This document shows, piece by piece, positions 26,538 to 35,235 of a DNA stretch of 37,878 bases. Location of the stretch: positions 1-37,878 of IMG/VR virus record IMGVR_UViG_3300038673_000494; one strand, given 5' to 3'. Under the pieces are notes generated by a model, which was given only the letters and a program-made list of their open reading frames with translations, had not been told where the DNA came from and ran no database searches. Made by a program: the position numbers and the translations under genes. Every line of letters begins with the position of its first letter. Position 1 is the stretch's first letter. This DNA comes from a virus (taxonomy: Duplodnaviria > Caudoviricetes).

Positions 26538-26816
26538 ATGAGTCGTGTTGTTGTTGATTTAAAGAACAGCGTCTGGCAACGCTACCGTGAACCATGCGCT
26601 GAACCATCCAGAATCCCTGACTATGAAGAAACGGTTACCAAAATTTTGGTTGACGCAGTCGCAGAGAACGGCAATGATGTCGTAGATGTTGTTTGTTTGA
26701 CGGGTACGGCGCCTGTGTGGTTGTATCTGGTTGCGTATGAGGTTGCGCGTGGGTACGCAGCGACTGTTGTGTTTAACAGTCCAACAAGCGGAGAAGTCAT
26801 AGTATACGAGAGGTGA
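26538..26816 (+). CDS. Csx3/Crn3-like (ring-nuclease fold) protein
   Basis: VCLTGTAPVWLYLVA...VFNSPTSGEVIVY resembles the V.(L/I)(T/S)G.(G/A)P(V/I)WL...P..G.V.V signature of Csx3-family proteins. Confidence 0.6.
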   Translation: MSRVVVDLKNSVWQRYREPCAEPSRIPDYEETVTKILVDAVAENGNDVVDVVCLTGTAPVWLYLVAYEVARGYAATVVFNSPTSGEVIVYER

Positions 26817-27164
26817 ATGAGGGTGCTTTTGTTTAAACCTGAGCATGTTCCTTTGATTCTAGATGACACAAAAACAGAAACCCGCAGAATCTGGAAGAAA
26901 CCCCGCTGTAAAGTCGGCAGTATCCATAAAGCTAAGACTAAAATGTTATCTAAAGACTATTTTGCGCTTTTATCTATCTTGGATGTTCACAAAGAAATTT
27001 TTCAATGTGTCGATGAAGAAGGAGCTAAAGCAGAGGGCGGGTATACCCGAGAGGAATATCTAAAAAAGTTTTGGGAGATAAACCCTAAAGTTTTCAAAGT
27101 AACCGATGGTGGAAAGATTCCGTTTAATGTGTATGTTATCAAATTTAAAAGAATTGAAGGTTGA
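26817..27164 (+). CDS. ASCH/PUA-like domain protein
   Basis: LFKPEHVPLIL..TKTETRR, KVGS, AKAEGG, VYVIKF motifs. Confidence 0.8.
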   Translation: MRVLLFKPEHVPLILDDTKTETRRIWKKPRCKVGSIHKAKTKMLSKDYFALLSILDVHKEIFQCVDEEGAKAEGGYTREEYLKKFWEINPKVFKVTDGGKIPFNVYVIKFKRIEG

Positions 27165-27168
27165 GACC

Positions 27169-27705
27169 ATGAACAAAAAAGAGGAAAATATAGAAATGCC
27201 TGAACTAGAAAAACCTGTTGTTCCCGAATACACCCTTGTTGATGTTATGCGGGAACTGAAAACAACCCAGAATAAAATAGACGAGTTTCTTGTCCAAGTT
27301 AAAGCGTTGGGTGGGGAAGTCGTGAAAAGCAACGAGGAGGTAATCGCAAGACTTGAGATACATAACACCGAGTTATATGACATCAAAGACGCAATCGTCC
27401 ACGGCTTAGCAGTAATTGGAAGAAACCAAACCAACACACAGTCTCAATCGCCACAGCAACCAAAACAGGTTACGGAACAGCAAACAAACAACCTAACAAA
27501 AACAGAGTTGGATGCGTTGCCATGGAAAGACAACAAGTTTGGACAATGGATGTTTGCGACGACACAAGACGGAGAAATCACTGCGGGCGCAGAAAAGTTA
27601 ACAACCACTTTGCTTGCGAACGGCGGCAAACTCAAAGACTTGTATGGTCGGGATTATCGCCTGAAAGACAAGTTCATCAACAGAACAAAAGAGAAAAAAC
27701 AGTGA
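27169..27705 (+). CDS. Hypothetical protein (coiled coil, Gln linker, LPWK C-terminal domain)
   Basis: Probable start MNKKEE; operon member. Confidence 0.55.
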   Translation: MNKKEENIEMPELEKPVVPEYTLVDVMRELKTTQNKIDEFLVQVKALGGEVVKSNEEVIARLEIHNTELYDIKDAIVHGLAVIGRNQTNTQSQSPQQPKQVTEQQTNNLTKTELDALPWKDNKFGQWMFATTQDGEITAGAEKLTTTLLANGGKLKDLYGRDYRLKDKFINRTKEKKQ

Positions 27706-27710
27706 TAACC

Positions 27711-27920
27711 ATGGCTGCGTCTAGGGGTCAGAAAGCTCAACAGATGATTAAACGGGGACGATGCCACAGAGTCACCGTAGAGGTGCTTGTTCCTGCGGGT
27801 GTAAACAAGAACACCGCTTTAGATGACGCCGTCAGATACGGGCTTTCGGAGTGGATAAAAGCGTCTGAAACCTACATCAAGTCGCTACGCAAAAACGCCG
27901 TGTTGAGGGCGTACCTGTGA
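27711..27920 (+). CDS. Hypothetical protein
   Basis: Start MAASRG shortly after the upstream stop. Confidence 0.45.
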   Translation: MAASRGQKAQQMIKRGRCHRVTVEVLVPAGVNKNTALDDAVRYGLSEWIKASETYIKSLRKNAVLRAYL

Positions 27921-28206
27921 CCGTGGATAAGTTCTACTGCACAAATACTCGTTGCTGTTACAACTACAAAAACAGGTGTGAAAGAGAAGATGCAGCAAAC
28001 ACGCGGGCATGCCAGAACTGGAGGGGACTAGAATAACATCGTTGAAGGAACTGCAAAGTAAACTTGATGCCTTAGAGGCGGATGCGGTGGAGCTGCAAAC
28101 GTTGCGGGGTGACTTGGATGCGGCGCGGGTTGTTTATGGTTTGTTGTTGTCGGTTGATGTTAAAGCCTTCGATTAATGTTTAGGTTTCATACAATCAGCC
28201 GTTTAG

Positions 28207-28240
28207 TTTATATACAAGTTTAGCTCTATGTAACCTAAGG
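28207..28240 (+). promoter_or_regulatory. Archaeal-type promoter
   Basis: TTTATATA, 15 nt, GTAACCTAAGG, then GTG start at 28249. Confidence 0.55.
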
Positions 28241-28248
28241 TAATAACC

Positions 28249-28596
28249 GTGACAAACATAAAAGAAATCCTAACAAAAAACGTCAAAGACCTAACCCCAG
28301 ATGAGGTTCAGGCACTGGAAACAGAACGAGTACGACTCGTAGAAGAACTGAACAAAACAAAATTGGGCACAAAAACAATAACACCATGTCTTATCTTGAC
28401 AACAAAAAGTTGCCCCGATGAAACATATGTTGGAATAATTATTTCTCGCCCACACCTAGGGGTCAGTGCAGGCGAGGCATTAACTGTTGAAGAAGCCCAA
28501 TCACTCATAGAAGGTTTGCTTCGTTTTGTTGTTTCTACACAACTTCAAGACCAACTGACACAGGTCTGCGACAAACAGGAGAAAACAAAACAGTGA
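28249..28596 (+). CDS. Hypothetical protein
   Basis: First ORF after the promoter. Confidence 0.55.
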   Translation: MTNIKEILTKNVKDLTPDEVQALETERVRLVEELNKTKLGTKTITPCLILTTKSCPDETYVGIIISRPHLGVSAGEALTVEEAQSLIEGLLRFVVSTQLQDQLTQVCDKQEKTKQ

Positions 28597-28693
28597 ATCC
28601 AGACATAGAAACGTTAGACACAAGATTGCGTAACCTCAAAAAAGCTGGCGCAGCCGTAGTGTCTGAATCACCATTCAAGGAGGAAAAAACAGA

Positions 28694-28870
28694 TTGAAGT
28701 TATTAGCAAAGTCAACAATCAGCAAAAACAACCAAACAACCGTGAAAAGCGAAGTTCGAGCCATAGCCGCGTTGGACCTGCAGGTAGGAGACAACATGGA
28801 ATGGTACCTCATCGAAGCATCAGATAATATTCCAGCAGGCGCAGTTGTTGTGTGGAAGGTGAAACAGTAA
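28694..28870 (+). CDS. AbrB/MazE/SpoVT-type DNA-binding protein, 58 aa
   Basis: Read manually: STISKNNQTTVKSEVRAIAALDLQVGDNMEW; TTG start after AGGAGG. Confidence 0.7.
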   Translation: MKLLAKSTISKNNQTTVKSEVRAIAALDLQVGDNMEWYLIEASDNIPAGAVVVWKVKQ

Positions 28871-29100
28871 TGCCGACGGTCCAGTTTCTGATTGAACACC
28901 TGCAACGCAACTACAAACAGAGTGACCAACTAGCGTTCAGGGCAATTGACATAACTGATGTAAAAGAGTCAAAGTTGGGCAAAAACTTGTCTGATGAACA
29001 GGTATCAACGGTGTTGGATGACCTGCAATTTTATTGGGAAAGCAACATAACCCCGGCCATAGCTAAGAGCATCAAAAAGAAGGTACCATGTAATGTTTGA
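28870..29100 (+). CDS. Hypothetical protein
   Basis: TAATG stop/start overlap. Confidence 0.5.
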   Translation: MPTVQFLIEHLQRNYKQSDQLAFRAIDITDVKESKLGKNLSDEQVSTVLDDLQFYWESNITPAIAKSIKKKVPCNV

Positions 29101-29320
29101 GTTTCTGTTAGGTGTTGGCGTAACCCTTGTGGTGGTTGTTCCCTGTGGACTGTGGCTGATAACCAAAGCCTACGAGTTGGGGCATAAAGACTGTAAATCA
29201 AAAAATATTCAAGTGCGAAGAGTCTGTATGCAGTGTTGTAAGTTGATACCTGAAGGTTTTTTGCAGTGCCCCATATGTCACCCAAACACATGCAAAGTGG
29301 AGATGTTTACAGATGAGTAA
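29093..29320 (+). CDS. TM-anchored zinc-finger protein
   Basis: N-terminal hydrophobic helix; CMQC and CPIC. Confidence 0.5.
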   Translation: MFEFLLGVGVTLVVVVPCGLWLITKAYELGHKDCKSKNIQVRRVCMQCCKLIPEGFLQCPICHPNTCKVEMFTDE

Positions 29321-29573
29321 TGAAGGCGAATTATGGACTCGATTAGTCGCACAGACCACTTTTAGAACAACTCATCATGGAGAAGAACAGATTATTACTC
29401 TAGAAGGAGTTAAACAAATTCTTAATGAGGCAAAACGCGAGTTTCCAGCTACGATTATATGGACAATATTGCAACCAGTTCTATCAGATGAGTTATTAGC
29501 ACAAGTAATGAAAGAAGTCAGAAAACCAATAGACTGGTCAGAAAAATGGTTAGGTGATACTCCAAATGAGTGA
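29313..29573 (+). CDS. Hypothetical protein
   Basis: GGAG RBS; ILNEAKREFP and KWLGD motifs. Confidence 0.5.
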   Translation: MSNEGELWTRLVAQTTFRTTHHGEEQIITLEGVKQILNEAKREFPATIIWTILQPVLSDELLAQVMKEVRKPIDWSEKWLGDTPNE

Positions 29574-29949
29574 TGGTTTTCAGCGACCTTTAGGTTACAA
29601 CACATTCACCAACAAAAACGGTGCACTCAGAGTCGGAGACCGACAAGTCGGATACATCAAATACATTGACCGCCTCATGTTTATAACACACAGAAAACGG
29701 GCGTTGCACTATTTCCGCAACATCCGCGGCTATGGCATGAATAAAGAGATTTTGCAGTACCTCTGTGAACACAAAATTGACACGATAGTAATCATTGAGG
29801 ATAAGGTGACCATGTTAGAGAGCAACGTTAATCTTTGGTTACGGTTTGGGTTAGAGGTAACCTATAACCCACATGAACCCCAGTTGGTATTATCAGAGGA
29901 ACACATGAAGAAAATAGGGGTAGGGGAGGTGAAAGAGGTTGAAACTTAA
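29566..29949 (+). CDS. Hypothetical viral protein
   Basis: HYFRNIRGYGM...EPQLVL; start after GGTGA. Confidence 0.55.
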   Translation: MSDGFQRPLGYNTFTNKNGALRVGDRQVGYIKYIDRLMFITHRKRALHYFRNIRGYGMNKEILQYLCEHKIDTIVIIEDKVTMLESNVNLWLRFGLEVTYNPHEPQLVLSEEHMKKIGVGEVKEVET

Positions 29950-30175
29950 AGTAAGAACAGCAATCAGAGATGCTGCAATTGTTTTGTTGTCTATACTCAA
30001 CGGAATTTACCTTTACACAGAATGCTGGAACATATCAATAGTAGGCTTTGAGAGTGGTCATCAGACAAGTTATCTGCTATATCTCGTCATTCCTCTTGCG
30101 GCATTCATATTGTTAGCAATAAACGTATTACTGTGGCTGAAAGAGAAAGTAAACATCAAGGTAATTAATGAATAA
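29939..30175 (+). CDS. Two-TM membrane protein
   Basis: Two hydrophobic segments. Confidence 0.55.
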   Translation: MKLKVRTAIRDAAIVLLSILNGIYLYTECWNISIVGFESGHQTSYLLYLVIPLAAFILLAINVLLWLKEKVNIKVINE

Positions 30176-30190
30176 ATGGGGTGATTTGTG

Positions 30191-30343
30191 TTGCCGTCTG
30201 AAGGTTACAAGTCTGTTAATTTGCCCGTGGGATTGCATAAAGCTGTTAAAACATTGGTAGAGGATAGACCAGAGCTGGGTTACCGTAGTGTCGCCGAGTT
30301 TGTGTCAGAAGCAGTCAGAATAAGGGTGTTGAATCTAAAATGA
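30191..30343 (+). CDS. Ribbon-helix-helix regulator, 50 aa
   Basis: Read manually: YKSVNLP.GL...V..L......GYRSVAEFVSEAVR; GGGGTGA RBS. Confidence 0.75.
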   Translation: MPSEGYKSVNLPVGLHKAVKTLVEDRPELGYRSVAEFVSEAVRIRVLNLK

Positions 30344-30633
30344 AACTGTACACCGATTTGTTCTCTGTTACAGTATTGCGGTTGTTGAACCAGAAACAGT
30401 GTTCAATCACAGAACTACGACTGGAAACAGAGAAGGTTTTAGACGTCAAGTTGCCTCATTCACTGTTCTATAATCGATTGTGGTACATGAAAAAGAGGGG
30501 TTACATCACAGTGACAAGGTGCATAAACAAAAAAAGGGTATACTACATCTACGGGGTTACAGGTAAGGGCGTTAAAAAGTTGATGACTGATGCTGAGCTG
30601 TTAAGTCGGGTTTACGGGTTTTTGGTCACCTGA
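30340..30633 (+). CDS. PadR-like winged-helix regulator
   Basis: VLRLL, FYNRLWYMKKRGYI, YYIYGVTGKG. Confidence 0.7.
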   Translation: MKLYTDLFSVTVLRLLNQKQCSITELRLETEKVLDVKLPHSLFYNRLWYMKKRGYITVTRCINKKRVYYIYGVTGKGVKKLMTDAELLSRVYGFLVT

Positions 30634-30828
30634 GCCTTTCTGTTTGGGTTGTTTAATTTTTTGTAGTTCCTGTTTCAGGGCAACGTTTTCGGTTAACAGG
30701 TTCTGCACAATTTGGTCTGTCTGTTTTGCTATGTCTGTTATTCCGATTTGCAGTGCCTGGTAACGGGCATTTAACAGCAACAAGTCTTGTTGGATTTGTT
30801 GTGCGTTTACTTTTTGTTCTGTTGTCAA
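30601..30828 (-). CDS. Small coiled-coil protein at the end of the tail operon
   Basis: Gln/Leu heptads; overlaps the tail fibre stop. Confidence 0.5.
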   Translation of the reverse strand: MTTEQKVNAQQIQQDLLLLNARYQALQIGITDIAKQTDQIVQNLLTENVALKQELQKIKQPKQKGSGDQKPVNPT

Positions 30829-33254
30829 ATTTTTTCACTTTTTGTTATTGCAGTCTTGATTGAGTCTATTTCGTTTTTGAGCATATTAATTTTTTCTTCC
30901 ACATCACTAAACCGCTGTCCCGTCTGTTTAGCGCAACCCAGAAGAAACGGAAACATTTTTGAGCTATCAAAGAACTTTTTGCGAGTTTCACTTGTAAACC
31001 CGTTTTCGTGGTTAACGTCAGGTCTGAGAAAGTCGAGCGAGTCAATATCTATTACTGTTTCGCCTTTATCGTTAGTTTTTGTTGCATATTGCGCTAACGC
31101 TAAGTCGTCGTGTGTATCCCATGGGGACGCATCTAAGGTGACGTAATATAGTGTATCGCAGACAATTCCTGCATAATATGCGCCGCCTGAACCGATTCCA
31201 TATCCCGTGTTTCCACTTCCAACAGGAATCACGTTTAATGTCGCCATTGTTGACTGCAATGTGACATATGCGGCGGCTGATGTGAGGTACAGGTTTCCAG
31301 TATATGCGACAAGATACGAGTTTGTGCCATCGAAACCAAACGCGCCTTTCTGTGTGCTGCTAACTTGGAGATTTAGTACGGGGTAACTGCCTTTGATGTG
31401 GAATGCGTCTACTGCACAAACATAGGATACTGCATCAAGATAAAGTATGCCCGCTAAAGCCGCGACTGTTCCATCTGTGCCGTCATGGGTCATGGCGGTC
31501 ATGTTTGAGCCAGAACCCGTCTTTATTCCAGCAACGCCTGATGTTCCGCTGACGCTGTTAAAGATTGCGTCACTGGTAAGATTCAAGGTTTGGTTACAAA
31601 AGTTGGTCATACCATAGGTTATTGTTGGGATTCTTCCAGTGTCGAATGTGCCCGATGTAACATCAGACGCGGCGTGGTTATGACTTGCAGGCGTAAACGT
31701 TGAAGGTTTATCGGGGATGTTACTCCAAAACGGTGTACTCCAAAAGTCTGGGATGTCAGCACGGTAGACAGTGCCGCCGCCTCCACCTGATAATGTGCCG
31801 TATATTAGTCCATCGCAGTGTATGTCGCCGCTGAAGTATCCATTATAAAATTTTGCGCCAGATGACCCTAAGCTTGTGTTGCTTCCTGTTGTATACGGTC
31901 TAACTAACCCAGAGTTTGGGTATAGTATTAAATCTCCCGTGTTTGTTGTAAGACTTGTGTTAGAGCCATCAAAGCTCAGTGACGCTTTTAAAACATTGGA
32001 CACTTTCAGGTAGAGGATTGGTACAGAGTCATCATCAAGAGTCACAGTATTAGATGTAATAGACTTGAAACGTTTAGATGAAATCCCAAAATACACTTCT
32101 TTGTCATCGAATGGTCGAATAATCTTTGATTCAGCGTAAAGTATCAAACTACCCAAAGAGGCACTAAGATAGGCGTCACTTCTATCATGACCAAACATGC
32201 CTAATGCTACGCCGCTGAATATGTCTTCAAGATTCAACGTTGGCGTATAATCGATGATTGTTGTTGTTGCACACTTCAGTTTCGCCATGTCGCCACTCAA
32301 CGTTTTGATATGCAGTATATCCAAGTTTTCTACGCGACCATAATCAGAAACAGCGTAACTGTAGGTCAAGTTTTCGTCTAACGTTAACTTGTAATAGTTT
32401 GGCGTTCCAGCCATTTCAGTAATCGCAGTAACATAATGTTGCTCAGTATGATTAGTATCGCGGAGTGTAACAAAGTTTCCAATATGAAAACCGTAATCCG
32501 ACCAAACAGTAACGTCGGGTTGACCAGAAGATGCGTCACCCTGTATTGCTCCGCCGCCATGAAGCAACGTAATCGCGGGGTAGTCATTGCACTGTGTAAA
32601 CCCGCTGCCGAGGTACAACACTCCCTGGTTAGCGGACACGAAACCGCCAACAGCCAAATCCTTCTGGAATGTTACACCCTGATTGATTATAGCCAAAGGC
32701 GCGACATAGCTACCTGAATCAACCAACACAGGGAACATGTCAAAGTAGTTACCCGTTACTTTATCTTGCAACCGCAACACGTTATCTGGGGTATCAAAGC
32801 CGCCTGGAGTCCAAAGTTCCACTTTACCATGTGCAGCAGTCATGTAACTGTAGGTTAGATTCGCGGTCATAACCAACGTGTTAGTGGATATCGTGTCAAT
32901 GGTTGCTGTTTCGTGGTGGTTATCATCCCTGATTACAACGGTTTGTCCAGCGCTGAATAGGCTGCCGTCTACTATGGGTACATTTTTTTGTCCACTGCTT
33001 GCTGTTGAAGTTAATAGGCTAACTGTCCAACCCCAAATAGCCTCGATTACTTCCATGTTGGTTAATGTGTCGGCTTCGCAGCTAATCTGAAGTAGTGCCT
33101 CAATGAATGTGTCTTGGTCTGTGTATCCACCCCAGTTTCCGCCGCCGCTTGTGGTTGATGCTTTTCCGCCTAATGTGATTTGGTGGTTTTCTAGTTTGCG
33201 GGTGCGGTTTTGCAGGTCTACGATTACCTGTTTTAGGCTCTGTATTTCATCCAT
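30825..33254 (-). CDS. Tail fibre/adhesin
   Basis: 809 aa, Gly/Ser/Thr-rich, WSNIPDKPSTFTPASHNH fibre motif, internal repeats, terminal coiled coils. Confidence 0.75.
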   Translation of the reverse strand: MDEIQSLKQVIVDLQNRTRKLENHQITLGGKASTTSGGGNWGGYTDQDTFIEALLQISCEADTLTNMEVIEAIWGWTVSLLTSTASSGQKNVPIVDGSLFSAGQTVVIRDDNHHETATIDTISTNTLVMTANLTYSYMTAAHGKVELWTPGGFDTPDNVLRLQDKVTGNYFDMFPVLVDSGSYVAPLAIINQGVTFQKDLAVGGFVSANQGVLYLGSGFTQCNDYPAITLLHGGGAIQGDASSGQPDVTVWSDYGFHIGNFVTLRDTNHTEQHYVTAITEMAGTPNYYKLTLDENLTYSYAVSDYGRVENLDILHIKTLSGDMAKLKCATTTIIDYTPTLNLEDIFSGVALGMFGHDRSDAYLSASLGSLILYAESKIIRPFDDKEVYFGISSKRFKSITSNTVTLDDDSVPILYLKVSNVLKASLSFDGSNTSLTTNTGDLILYPNSGLVRPYTTGSNTSLGSSGAKFYNGYFSGDIHCDGLIYGTLSGGGGGTVYRADIPDFWSTPFWSNIPDKPSTFTPASHNHAASDVTSGTFDTGRIPTITYGMTNFCNQTLNLTSDAIFNSVSGTSGVAGIKTGSGSNMTAMTHDGTDGTVAALAGILYLDAVSYVCAVDAFHIKGSYPVLNLQVSSTQKGAFGFDGTNSYLVAYTGNLYLTSAAAYVTLQSTMATLNVIPVGSGNTGYGIGSGGAYYAGIVCDTLYYVTLDASPWDTHDDLALAQYATKTNDKGETVIDIDSLDFLRPDVNHENGFTSETRKKFFDSSKMFPFLLGCAKQTGQRFSDVEEKINMLKNEIDSIKTAITKSEKI

Positions 33255-33255
33255 G

Positions 33256-35235
33256 TTAGTCCACCTTTTTTGTGTGTATTGTTGCGGTCCAGTCTCCGCC
33301 CTGTGTTAATGTGTCTTCAACTTTGACTATTTTGAAGTAGTTTACCCCATCCGTCATTAGGTAACTGGGTAGGTAACGTGCGTCTCCGTCAACAATGAAT
33401 GGTTCTACGGTTGTGTTTGGTGACTTGAGTTGTTCTACAACAGATTTTGCTCGTGCAACACATTCGGCGTCACTCATCAAAGTGTTATCCACTATTGGTT
33501 CAGCTTCGCGGCGTGTATAGTCTAGTATGCTCCGCGCGTCCTCATATGGCGAGTCAGAGTTGCTGTAGGGTATGCCTGTAAATCTTAGGTTGTCAATTCC
33601 AAGTCCTGAACGTGTTATATCGTCTGTGACTCTGAAACAGATTTGCTGCACATTATTCCATGCAGGTGAACCGATTGTTTGCCACTTGTTTGCTTTATTG
33701 TCATCTTCATCTGTTGCTACACCGTCTGCGCCTAACGGCAAATCATATTTACGCCACTCGTAACCCCCTGCTGTTAAATCGAGTCCATAATAGAAACAGT
33801 TAGAGGCATCTGGAGCCCAGAGTTCTACACGTCCAACAGTAGCACCAACTACGCTTGTTCCATATCTGAGACGCCAAAAAGTAAGGTTTGTTGCCCGCTT
33901 TTTTCCGAAATAGTAGAATGTTGATGCTATAGAACGCCTGAAAACTGCATCGTTGCCGTCATATTGGCAGAACAGAAAATATGTTCCCTCTTTTGGGGTG
34001 TATGCGCCTTGGCTTGTTTTTGCTAGTAGTAACCCAGTGTCTGTTGTCCACCCGCTTGTGGATTCTGTCCAGATTTCGTCTGTTGGTACCTGTTTTCCTG
34101 TTGCGCCGTACACTTTCTGGGCGTTGCGTATTCTATCCACGTCAATGCGGCGTACAGCAGAACGCAAATCCGCTGTCACTGGGCAGATGAAATCTAGGCT
34201 ATTCCGCAGATGTCCTACAAGTGCGCCGCTGGGGGTTTCGTACATGTCAAACCCGATTGTTCCAGCGGGGTTAGATGCTTTTTCTAGGATTTCCTGAACT
34301 ACACTAAGCGGTTTTACCTCATCATATTCAACGTTGTGCGTAGACGCAATTTGGTCGTCTGTGTCCCCGATTTGGCTGCCGCCTTCATCAAACCAGCCGA
34401 TACCATGTGGATACTTTGCAATGTAGCTACATAGGTCTATTGCCTCTTCCATTATTGTTCTACCGTTTACGCCGTCATAGAGTTGGTACACAAGTTCGGG
34501 GGGTGCAAACAGTTCTGAGGCATGTCCATAAAATGTGATTGTGACATCTGTGTCGACGTAGTTTAGAAAGTTCTGTTTAACGTCTTTGATTACTCCGCCG
34601 AACAGTTTCTGGTCAACCGTTCCCAGTGTGCTGCTGTTTCTGCTTACCCAGATTATGCCGCATCCGCGGTCGTCAATGTCTAGGTAACTGTCTCCGCTGA
34701 ACTGTTTCAAGGTTACTGATGCTTCGTTAACTTCATCGTTTATGAGACTCTTCGTGACCTTTAATGTTCCCGTGATGTCTTCTGCGTCTGGAAAATAGTA
34801 TTCGCCGCATACAATCACGTAGTCGTAGGTTACGGATTGTCCTGCTGAACCAACAGCGTAGATTGACAGTGCCTTAATGTTTCCGCTGTAATATGTCGTA
34901 AGAGTTACCTCATGGCGTCCAGTTGATGAACCCGATGCAACCTGAACCCAGTTACTAGTGTCGCTTCGTTGAACATACACACGGTAAGATGCGCCGCTGA
35001 TTGCTGTTATCCTGAAAACTAGATACGGGTACGTAGCGGTACTAAAACTGTCAAAAGTAGTATACAAAACCTGCTCAGTCTGTCCACTCTGAACAGTTAA
35101 AACAGATACATCCGCTTGACTGCTTACGCCGCCAACGGGGTACGCTGTCCAGCCCTTCAAAAAATGGTCAGCAAACACCTTAGTTTTACTGTAGATTTCA
35201 ACCAAACACTTTGCTGGAACAACAACATTACTCAT
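33256..35235 (-). CDS. Tail tip/baseplate hub protein with inserted carbohydrate-binding-like domains
   Basis: KLFGGVI, RIRNAQKVYGA, EDARSILDY.RRE motifs; follows the tape measure gene. Confidence 0.65.
   Translation of the reverse strand: MSNVVVPAKCLVEIYSKTKVFADHFLKGWTAYPVGGVSSQADVSVLTVQSGQTEQVLYTTFDSFSTATYPYLVFRITAISGASYRVYVQRSDTSNWVQVASGSSTGRHEVTLTTYYSGNIKALSIYAVGSAGQSVTYDYVIVCGEYYFPDAEDITGTLKVTKSLINDEVNEASVTLKQFSGDSYLDIDDRGCGIIWVSRNSSTLGTVDQKLFGGVIKDVKQNFLNYVDTDVTITFYGHASELFAPPELVYQLYDGVNGRTIMEEAIDLCSYIAKYPHGIGWFDEGGSQIGDTDDQIASTHNVEYDEVKPLSVVQEILEKASNPAGTIGFDMYETPSGALVGHLRNSLDFICPVTADLRSAVRRIDVDRIRNAQKVYGATGKQVPTDEIWTESTSGWTTDTGLLLAKTSQGAYTPKEGTYFLFCQYDGNDAVFRRSIASTFYYFGKKRATNLTFWRLRYGTSVVGATVGRVELWAPDASNCFYYGLDLTAGGYEWRKYDLPLGADGVATDEDDNKANKWQTIGSPAWNNVQQICFRVTDDITRSGLGIDNLRFTGIPYSNSDSPYEDARSILDYTRREAEPIVDNTLMSDAECVARAKSVVEQLKSPNTTVEPFIVDGDARYLPSYLMTDGVNYFKIVKVEDTLTQGGDWTATIHTKKVD

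Noticed and set aside
26538-26816. Remnant of a CRISPR-Cas locus
   Set aside because: No other cas genes and no repeat-spacer array in the window
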